Both the position numbers and the translations under genes were made by a program. A model generated the notes under the pieces. It saw nothing but the letters and a program-made list of their open reading frames with translations. It did not search any database and had not been told where the DNA came from. A stretch of DNA of 63,964 nucleotides, counting the filler, from Thraustochytrium aureum (Eukaryota), in the NCBI GenBank assembly GCA_012862495.1. It is 5 parts of 4 records of this genome, joined end to end, with 100 filler letters (N's around TTAATTAATTAA, not from the genome) between each part and the next. Parts side by side here need not be neighbours in the genome. Positions count along the whole stretch, not along the records: positions 29,343 to 60,963 come from BLSG01000422.1; positions 61,064 to 62,652 come from BLSG01000432.1; positions 62,753 to 63,964 come from BLSG01000437.1; 2 more parts are not named here. One strand, 5' to 3'. Shown one piece after another: positions 55,504 to 63,964 of the stretch (position 1 is the first letter of the stretch; every line of letters starts with the position of its first letter).

Positions 55504-58440
55504 TCTGCTTGCTCGCTGTAGCAACGGCCACTCTCGCTCGCTGGGCGCTGTCTCTGGTGGGCGCGGTCCTCGGGCGCCTCTTCAGCGGCTGTTCGGGAGG
55601 CTGGACCGCGGGCTGCTCGCTCGTTCACCAATGGGAGACTGCTTGCTTGCTCAGCATGCGTGGCTGGCTCGGTCGCGGTTGACCTGAGTGGTCCACCAAG
55701 GGTGCACCCATTCCGGAGGATGAAAGAGTCGCAGCCAAACCNNNNNNNNNNNNNNNNNNNNNNNNNNNNNNNNNNNNNNNNNNNNNNNNNNNNNNNNNNN
55801 NNNNNNNNNNNNNNNNNNNNNNNNNNNNNNNNNNNNNNNNNNNNNNNNNNNNNNNNNNNNNNNNNNNNNNNNNNNNNNNNNNNNNNNNNNNNNNNNNNNN
55901 NNNNNNNNNNNNNNNNNNNNNNNNNNNNNNNNNNNNNNNNNNNNNNNNNNNNNNNNNNNNNNNNNNNNNNNNNNNNNNNNNNNNNNNNNNNNNNNNNNNN
56001 NNNNNNNNNNNNNNNNNNNNNNNNNNNNNNNNNNNNNNNNNNNNNNNNNNNNNNNNNNNNNNNNNNNNNNNNNNNNNNNNNNNNNNNNNNNNNNNNNNNN
56101 NNNNNNNNNNNNNNNNNNNNNNNNNNNNNNNNNNNNNNNNNNNNCCAAGGGTGCACCCATTCCGGAGGATGAAAGAGTCGCAGCCAAACCAAAACAACAA
56201 CGGCGGCGCCAGAGCGAAATACACATGGGCTGGAAGGGAAACAAGCAAGAAAAGCATTGCCCGCACTCTGCGCTGCTCTCCACCATCCTTCGCAATCACT
56301 CAGAATTCAGGCGGGCTGCTCGTGTCGCCAGCTCGCTTGGCCGCCTCGCGTGCCCTGTCACGCGCAAGATGCACCGCCCAATCCAAACAGAGGAATCCAA
56401 AACAGAAGAATCCAAAACAGATGAAAAAAAGCACCACAACCTGCGAGAAGTGGAGCAGCATCAGAATTCAGAGGGCGGAGCGCTCCGGCTGCAGCTCCAG
56501 CCAGCTGAGCATCAACCCAACTCAAGAGCGATCAACTAAACTCTGTGAGCCGCCTGCGAGGCGTTGTGCTGGTCACCTCTTGACGTCAGAGGATGCTGAA
56601 TGGCAGACTCGGAGTTGAAAAATGGACAACTTGAACCTGCATTCACATCCTGCTTACTCATGTGCTTGCGCCCGCTCCGTGGCCGCACCAACGCAACTCA
56701 GTTTGTGCTGTCGCAACGCTGCGAACGGGTGGAAAGTGCATCGGTCGATCCACGCGCGCCAAGAGCCTACTTCATCACGATCTGACGAGGAGATCTCTGA
56801 GGATCTGAATTACTGATGAATGGAGCGCCTCTGGCCGTTCTCTGCCTGCCAGCCTGCCTGCCTGCCTCTGCCTGCCTGCATGCTCAGGCTGTGTGGTGCT
56901 CGGCCAGTTTGACTCATCAGCTCGGAGTGGCGGTACGCGACAGCGCCTGGAGCTGGCTGTCCAAGTCTTGTGTCCGCCAGCGTCGTGATGCTGAGAGTGG
57001 CATGTTGGACCGGCTGCGTGCAAGGTTGATCGGAAAGTAGGTGTGTGCGCACACGCACGAGCCGCACCTTTGGGGCGGCCCTGGTCAGCGTCCGGCGATT
57101 CCGGTTGAACAATGAGAGCGAAATCCAAAGCCCGTTTTACACGTTTGCAGGCATACAATCGCCTGGCATCCCCCTTGCGGGTAGCCTCTCCAGTCCGTCC
57201 ACGCACTCGTGCGAGGCTCCACCACGTGCCGAACAGGTTTGATGGGGCGATGGCGGTGGTGTCACTCCTTTCACTGCGTTCGCTCTTCAGACTCAGGTCC
57301 GTCCCCGCCGCGCGCGCTCTCGTCCCGCCCTGTGACGATGCTCCTGGCGCTCCTGGTGCACAAGCCGGATGGAAGGCTCCTCGCGGGGTTGGTGAAACGC
57401 ATTGCTGACAAGTAGGTATGCTCGTGCGGGCGCTCGTGCCATCCAAAGAGCCGCATCGCGTGTTGGTCGACGCGGCGTTCGAGTTCTTCGCAGGTCGCTG
57501 AACGCTCGAATGGGAATGAATCGAAAGCAATATTTTTTGACGAGCTGGAGGACATGCAGGAGCTGGTCATGGCCAGCNNNNNNNNNNNNNNNNNNNNNNN
57601 NNNNNNNNNNNNNNNNNNNNNNNNNNNNNNNNNNNNNNNNNNNNNNNNNNNNNNNNNNNNNNNNNNNNNNNNNNNNNNNNNNNNNNNNNNNNNNNNNNNN
57701 NNNNNNNNNNNNNNNNNNNNNNNNNNNNNNNNNNNNNNNNNNNNNNNNNNNNNNNNNNNNNNNNNNNNNNNNNNNNNNNNNNNNNNNNNNNNNNNNNNNN
57801 NNNNNNNNNNNNNNNNNNNNNNNNNNNNNNNNNNNNNNNNNNNNNNNNNNNNNNNNNNNNNNNNNNNNNNNNNNNNNNNNNNNNNNNNNNNNNNNNNNNN
57901 NNNNNNNNNNNNNNNNNNNNNNNNNNNNNNNNNNNNNNNNNNNNNNNNNNNNNNNNNNNNNNNNNNNNNNNNNNNNNNNNNNNNNNNNNNNNNNNNNNNN
58001 NNNNNNNNNNNNNNNNNNNNNNNNNNNNNNNNNNNNNNNNNNNNNNNNNNNNNNNNNNNNNNNNNNNNNNNNNNNNNNNNNNNNNNNNNNNNNNNNNNNN
58101 NNNNNNNNNNNNNNNNNNNNNNNNNNNNNNNNNNNNNNNNNNNNNNNNNNNNNNNNNNNNNNNNNNNNNNNNNNNNNNNNNNNNNNNNNNNNNNNNNNNN
58201 NNNNNNNNNNNNNNNNNNNNNNNNNNNNNNNNNNNNNNNNNNNNNNNNNNNNNNNNNNNNNNNNNNNNNNNNNNNNNNNNNNNNNNNNNNNNNNNNNNNN
58301 NNNNNNNNNNNNNNNNNNNNNNNNNNNNNNNNNNNNNNNNNNNNNNNNNNNNNNNNNNNNNNNNNNNNNNNNNNNNNNNNNNNNNNNNNNNNNNNNNNNN
58401 NNNNNNNNNNNNNNNNNNNNNNNNNNNNNNNNNNNNNNNN

Positions 58441-58595
58441 CTTGCACCGTCTACGACGAGTTCTGCGCCACAAGAACCCCAGCCGCCAAGTTATATCATG
58501 GCGGACTCGGATGTGCGTCGAGGCTGTGGCCGACGCGGCGTTCCGAGTCCTTCGCAGGTCGCTGAACGCTCGAATGGGAATGAGAATCGAAAGCA
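58441..58595 (+). repeat. Local dispersed repeat: 58441-58524 matches 60071-60152, and 58531-58595 matches 57468-57529
   Basis: cttgcaccgtctacgacgagttctgcgccacaagaaccccagccgcc is present twice; ttcgcaggtcgctgaacgctcgaatgggaatga is present twice; the copies differ by a few substitutions and indels. Confidence 0.85.
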
Positions 58596-58706
58596 TTTAG
58601 AGTAATTTTAGAAAAAGCAGGAGCTGGGCAAGGGCCAGCCAGCCATCACGCACTTCGCCAGCTCAAGAGCATTGGTATTGGACCTCTAGAGGCGGATCCA
58701 GTGCTA

Positions 58707-59429
58707 CTAGCATTGGTAGTGCGGGTTGGCGCTGATCACTGCCGTCGGGTGCGCCTGCACCTCGGGCTGCGCAGTAAGGCGGCGCTTCCGGTACAGCGCC
58801 ACGCCGACACCCGCAGCGAAGACCGCGCCGACCGCCCCAAACACGGGGCCGCAATGCTCGAAGACATGCCGGTAGCCGTGCTCGAATTCTCGAGATCAGC
58901 GCCAACGCTCAGCTGGCTGTTGGGAAGGCACTGACTGTACCATTCGTTGAAGAGCTTGCAGGTCGTCCCAGTCGGGCAGCATGTCGCGCGAGCAAAGTTG
59001 CGGCCTCCACACTGATTCCACACTTTGTTGGTGCAGGCTGCGTTGTTGGCCGGCGTGGGCGGCGGCGTGGGCCGCGGCGTCGGAGCTGGCGGGGTGCCGG
59101 CGTTGCTCTGGGACACCTTCCGCGGCGCAGTGACATGCGAGAGGAGGAGGAACTCGGCTTTGTAGGTTGGGTGGAAAGGCGGAACGCCGATCATGAGGTT
59201 GTACAGGTCGCCGCCCTGGGTGGAGGCCTCGTTGTTTCCGCCGAGGCACTGTTGGCGCGTGTCCGCAGTGGGCCTGCCACACCGCGAGAGTTCTGCCTGG
59301 ACTCCAGTGCATGTCGGCGAGCGCTGGCCGTTGGTGCCGCGGCACCCGAGGTGGGTGTTGGTTCCCGAAAACATGCACTGGCCCGTGGCGGCCACTTTGC
59401 TGCCTGTCTTTTGGTTCATGACAGTGATC
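58707..59429 (-). CDS. Type I membrane protein with Cys-rich domain, Pro/Thr linker, CBM1 cellulose-binding module, TM helix and NPxY tail (5' part in gap; frameshift at about 58848)
   Basis: [15 protein letters not shown] linker; [38 protein letters not shown] (CBM1 consensus QCGG...C...YSQC). The shifted frame gives [22 protein letters not shown]...ANPHYQC-stop. Confidence 0.8.
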
Positions 59430-60963
59430 NNNNNNNNNNNNNNNNNNNNNNNNNNNNNNNNNNNNNNNNNNNNNNNNNNNNNNNNNNNNNNNNNNNNNNN
59501 NNNNNNNNNNNNNNNNNNNNNNNNNNNNNNNNNNNNNNNNNNNNNNNNNNNNNNNNNNNNNNNNNNNNNNNNNNNNNNNNNNNNNNNNNNNNNNNNNNNN
59601 NNNNNNNNNNNNNNNNNNNNNNNNNNNNNNNNNNNNNNNNNNNNNNNNNNNNNNNNNNNNNNNNNNNNNNNNNNNNNNNNNNNNNNNNNNNNNNNNNNNN
59701 NNNNNNNNNNNNNNNNNNNNNNNNNNNNNNNNNNNNNNNNNNNNNNNNNNNNNNNNNNNNNNNNNNNNNNNNNNNNNNNNNNNNNNNNNNNNNNNNNNNN
59801 NNNNNNNNNNNNNNNNNNNNNNNNNNNNNNNNNNNNNNNNNNNNNNNNNNNNNNNNNNNNNNNNNNNNNNNNNNNNNNNNNNNNNNNNNNNNNNNNNNNN
59901 NNNNNNNNNNNNNNNNNNNNNNNNNNNNNNNNNNNNNNNNNNNNNNNNNNNNNNNNNNNNNNNNNNNNNNNNNNGCGCTGACCAAGTTCCGCGTGCCAGC
60001 ACCCAGCTCCGCGTGATCGGGCGAGACGACCGCAAGAGGGAGAAGCGCACGCCCAACTCGGCCCCCAAGTCTTGCACCGTCTACGACGAGTTCTGCGCCA
60101 CAAGAACCCCAGCCGCCGAGTGATCATGATGGACTCGGACGTGCGTCGAGGCAGTGGCCAAAACATGGACTCACGCCAAGTTTGGCGTTCGTGCAGCTCG
60201 GTGGACAGCAGCGTTGGGTCGGGGGAAAAGTGGGGCCAACAACGAACGGAGGAGCCCGCCTGCTGCGGCTCGCGAGGAGCCGCTGCATCTACGGCTCTTT
60301 GGAGCGGCTCGTCGCGGAGCCCGCCCGTCTCGCCAGCCAATTTGTGTTCTTGATTTCAATCAAGAACAAGCGATTGCAATCTCAACATTGACGTTTTTGA
60401 TGAACCGAGTCGGATCCTCCTCGTTGAATGTACGTACCGTCGCCAGGCGCGCGACCACGAAATGCGGCTTGCGCCTCAGCTGCGCGCCGCGTGCTGCGCC
60501 TGTTTGCCATTCGATGCCCTCCGGAGGAAAGGAAAGGCACCCGCGTAGTTGGTAGGTGACAACGTTAGTAGAAGCCTGTACCTTCTCATTTACAGTTCCT
60601 GTTCGAGGCGAAAGCGGCGCACGCCCGCTTGAAGTGGGGGTACTCCTAAGCCAGGGGTTTTGTTGTGTCTGAACAGTGTTCGAGCAGCTCTGCTTTTTGG
60701 CCTGCTCGCCTCGATCTTGGGAAAACACTCTGTACTCTACTAGTTGCTGCGAGAGAATCATCGTAGGTTGTATGTAGAGTAGGCCTACTCTCTAGAGGTC
60801 TGCCTGCTCTTCCTCTTCTTCTCGGTCAAGAGCAACTGCAAGAGGGAGCAAGGCGGGCGGGCGAAAGAGCTGGCCAGGACGTCAGTTTGGATTTGGACGG
60901 GATTTGGACGGGAGCAAACACCTCCTGAGCTCTACCCGAACGCTTGGCTTTGGCTTCGGCGGC

Positions 60964-61063
60964 NNNNNNNNNNNNNNNNNNNNNNNNNNNNNNNNNNNNN
61001 NNNNNNNTTAATTAATTAANNNNNNNNNNNNNNNNNNNNNNNNNNNNNNNNNNNNNNNNNNNN
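60964..61063. other. Artificial scaffold-joining linker
   Basis: N44-TTAATTAATTAA-N44. Confidence 0.97.
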
Positions 61064-61369
61064 TTTTCATCCTGTGTTGGTTGCCTGCAAGCCCAACAGG
61101 CATGCGGTCGATCGCACCGCGCGTCGTCGTGTCTCGGGCGGGCGCCCAATTTGTTCTGACAAACTTTCAAGCCGATCGCCCAAATTGGGGTCGATTTCAA
61201 AGATCCTCGCCCTTGTTGGCGAAGGCGTCGGAGGCATTGGACGAAATGCTGACGGAGTGCGGGCCTTGCGAGAAGCTGGAGCTTCCAAAAAGGCGCGCCT
61301 ACTGCGCTTTCACGTGCGATAACGTCGCGGCGAGCTGGTTCGCGATGACGGCCACAAGCCGGCACATTG

Positions 61370-61869
61370 CTCTGGAGTAGCTGGTAGGTGGTGGTGGTCA
61401 CGGACCGGGCATGTCGGGCGCGCATTGAGGGCAGATGCTCGGTCACCCCGCGCGCCGCACCTGGCGTCGCAGGACTCGAACTCGAGGCGGGCCAAAGAGC
61501 TCGCGCTGGCGCACGGGCCAGCCGCAGCGCGACGATCCGTAGACCCTGACGCCGGCCTGCCTTGTAGAGGGCGAGCGCGAGCTGCATCAGGAACTCCTCG
61601 GTCTCATTGGGCGGGAAGTCGCTCTTGGGCTGCGCGGGCGGGTGCCGGGGCACGTCGTTCGCCGCCTTGTAGGCGTCTTGGTCGATCAGCACGCGCTTGA
61701 CACGGGCGTGGTTGAGCGCGCTTTCGCCAGCGAGGAGCCCTTGCTCCGCGGGTGCTTCGGTCTCCTCGGCGGGCTTGCGCAGCGCCGAGTACGTGTACTT
61801 TAGGTTGGCGCGGCGGGCGGCCTCGTCCTGCTCGGCGCGCGGATCAGCCTTGATCGCGGTTGCGTCCAT
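61370..61869 (-). CDS. 5' part of a hypothetical protein, possibly ThrE/Prm10 (DUF1212) exporter-like; 3' end unresolved
   Basis: ATG at 61869 (MDATAIK) with coding-like codons up to EEFLMQLALALYKAG; RLEF in a shifted frame resembles the FLxxLxxALxxxG..RLE motif of ThrE/Prm10. Later sequence is frameshifted or intronic. Confidence 0.35.
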
Positions 61870-62652
61870 TTCCGATCTCCGTCCGTGGTAGGATTTGCGT
61901 TCGTTTTTTCGCCTTCTTTTCTCTCGCGCGGCCAGCAGAAGAGCCATGGCTGAGCCGTCTTGGCAAGTTTGTCGAGTTCTTTGGGCCGTGCATGTGGAAA
62001 GCGCTGTACTCGGTGTCCTTCACGTACCCAGGGTCGCTGTCAAAGGAAGGGCGACCGGGAGGCCTTCGGCGCTTGCTTCGGTCGTCTGTGGCCCCCTTGC
62101 CCTCCCAGGACTCGCTGACCGGGGTGCGCAACCATCCCGTCGACGCGCACAAGCCCCTGCTGGATGAATCCGTCAGCTTCGCGTCGCGAGCACGTGCCCC
62201 ATGCGACCAAGCCAGGTGCTCACCCGTGTTCCGCCTACGGCGCTTCTGACGCATTGCTTCGCAGTCTGGCGTCAGAGGCTGAGAGGTGTTGCTCGGCAGC
62301 TCAGCGCGTTTCGCTTGCACGAATTTGGGGGCGTGGCCGGACGAACGGGTGGAGTTTCAACGTCTAGGGGTGCTATGCAGCGTTCTAATGTTTGATTTCG
62401 GTCTTGACCTGTTTGCACCGGCGAGCGGTCGCCGGCCTGGACCAGAAACATTCTTCAACCTACACCGAACGAGCAGGCGCCTTATTTTTTGCAGAGAGCA
62501 TTACACATCAGGCAGCTGAAAGCCGTCAGGGACTAGACCGTCCAGCAGGGGAGCGACGCGCTCTCGCAACGACTCCCGCAGCTCGCCCGACTCGCGTGCT
62601 ACATCGTTTCGCCAGTACATGGCGAGCCGCTCGCCTCGCAGCTCGGTCCAAG

Positions 62653-62752
62653 NNNNNNNNNNNNNNNNNNNNNNNNNNNNNNNNNNNNNNNNNNNNTTAA
62701 TTAATTAANNNNNNNNNNNNNNNNNNNNNNNNNNNNNNNNNNNNNNNNNNNN
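62653..62752. other. Artificial scaffold-joining linker
   Basis: N44-TTAATTAATTAA-N44. Confidence 0.97.
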
Positions 62753-62753
62753 G

Positions 62754-63203
62754 GCGACTGGGGCCACCGTCGAGGCGGCCAAGCTCGTTCTCTCTCCAAC
62801 GCGTACATACGCGCCAATCATCAAGCAGATCCTTGACAAGGTCCCGCGTGACAAGGTCCGGGGCATGATCCATGTCAGCGGAGGAGCGCTCACGAAAATC
62901 TTGCACTTTTCGGCGCCAGGGACACACATTATCAAAGACTCGCTGCTTCCAGTCCCGCCGCTCTTCCGTTTGATCCAGGAGCAAAGCAAGACGCCGTGGC
63001 AAGAGATGTACAAGACGTTTAACTGCGGGCAGCGCATGGAGCTCTACGTTGAGCCCGAGGTGGCCGAGCAGATCATCGCCATCTCCAACAGCTTTAATGT
63101 CGAGGCGCAGGTGATCGGTCGCGTAGAAGCAAATTCTGACGCGACACAGCGCAAGCTGACCATCTCGAGCGCGGAGGGGGGGAAATTTGGCTATACAAAG
63201 TAG
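62754..63203 (+). CDS. purM: AIR synthase (phosphoribosylformylglycinamidine cyclo-ligase), Bacteroidetes-type, C-terminal fragment
   Basis: KLVLSPTRTYAPIIK, MIHVSGGALTKILHF, IKDSLLPVPPLFRLIQEQS, WQEMYKTFNCGQRMELYV, AQVIGRVE. Confidence 0.88.
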   Translation, partial: ATGATVEAAKLVLSPTRTYAPIIKQILDKVPRDKVRGMIHVSGGALTKILHFSAPGTHIIKDSLLPVPPLFRLIQEQSKTPWQEMYKTFNCGQRMELYVEPEVAEQIIAISNSFNVEAQVIGRVEANSDATQRKLTISSAEGGKFGYTK

Positions 63204-63308
63204 ACGCACTCGCCGGAAACAGTGGGCTCTCGTTGGCAGTGCGTCGCGATGTGACTCGTTCTTGGCTCCTGTGCTTCTGTCAATGCAAGCTCGTTTTTCG
63301 TTCCAATT

Positions 63309-63686
63309 TCAAAAAACCAACATGGCTCGATGCCATCTGTTCCTTTCTTCAGACGTCAGATCTTTGAGTTGCCCTTCGTTGCGCGGCGTGCGCGTCGGTT
63401 GGTCCGCGGGAGCGTCATCAAACACCTTCTCCGGGCCATCGCTCTCCTCCGCTAAGAACAGCCCAGTCTGCTCGACAGCCTCAAGCAGTTCATCGGCAGC
63501 AGCGTCATGAGCCACAAGATCCTTCGACGCCAGCAATTCGGGCGTACCAGTATTGATCTTGGTCATCGACGCTGCCTGCGTCTTCGACCCTACAGTAACG
63601 AGCTGAGGAACCACGAACGTTACTCGACGCTTTGTTGGACTCTCGGGTTTACTGGAGTAAACTGCAGACTCAAGAAAGTCACTCAC
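63309..63686 (-). CDS. Possible hypothetical protein or exon
   Basis: 125-codon ORF with acidic, protein-like composition (AAADELLEAVEQTGLFLAEESDG); no ATG start and no recognisable domain. Confidence 0.3.
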   Translation of the reverse strand: MSDFLESAVYSSKPESPTKRRVTFVVPQLVTVGSKTQAASMTKINTGTPELLASKDLVAHDAAADELLEAVEQTGLFLAEESDGPEKVFDDAPADQPTRTPRNEGQLKDLTSEERNRWHRAMLVF

Positions 63687-63964
63687 GGACGACGGACGGG
63701 AGCATCATGAGTACTATGTAGGTAGGCCGACGGAGCAGAGCAAGCGCAACAGGGCACAGGCACTGCGTACCGTGCGAGCGTGCGTCAGCGGCGTGCGTGC
63801 CAGGACACGACTTGCGCGCGCTTCAGGCGAGGTCAAGGGTCGCGTTTCCTGCGCAGGGGGTTGTGCAGGCCACAGCCGCAAAGGCAAGGATGGTTCGTTG
63901 CGGGACCGCCGACCAGGCAGTGGCCGCGATGAACCGCGGAGAGACGGCGATCAGGTGAGTTTAT

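Noticed and set aside
55696..56190. 46-bp identical direct repeat on both edges of an N gap
   Set aside because: Perfect identity exactly at the gap edges points to contig overlap, although a hidden tandem array cannot be excluded.
56385..56885. 15-bp repeat (GAATCCAAAACAGAA-like) and (GCCT)n tract; also (GAAAT)n at about 22225 and (GCGTT)n at about 14243
   Set aside because: Ordinary short simple repeats with no associated structure.

Overview
GC-rich, gene-dense, intron-poor eukaryotic DNA from a draft assembly. It is most likely a heterotrophic, flagellate-stage protist such as a thraustochytrid/labyrinthulomycete stramenopile; this is inferred from gene content and style and cannot be proven here. 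The window joins five separate scaffold pieces with 100-bp N44-TTAATTAATTAA-N44 linkers (17957, 29243, 60964, 62653). It has many internal N gaps and frequent single-base indels that break clearly conserved genes and are probably sequencing errors. Recognisable genes: a TIR-NACHT-WD40 NLR-like receptor, a MyTH4-FERM myosin, MMAA, WRAP73, Hsp101/ClpB, TMEM161, a mitochondrial-clan-like P450, Sec24, a giant DENN protein, a nitronate monooxygenase-family enzyme, an IQ/Sfi1/WW protein, a PDZ/Zn-finger/Tudor protein, ATM1/ABCB7, DUF445, a membrane-anchored CBM1 protein and a Bacteroidetes-type PurM. The best candidate for an undescribed system is the (possibly SAM)-TIR-NACHT-WD40 gene. It keeps the TIR catalytic Glu, and its 120-bp WD repeats vary at a few fixed positions, as expected of a protist innate-immune or allorecognition receptor. 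Next come a DENN + RGS-like + four F-BAR-like trafficking protein and a CBM1-TM-NPxY cellulose receptor. No rRNA, tRNA, CRISPR array or intact transposon could be supported.
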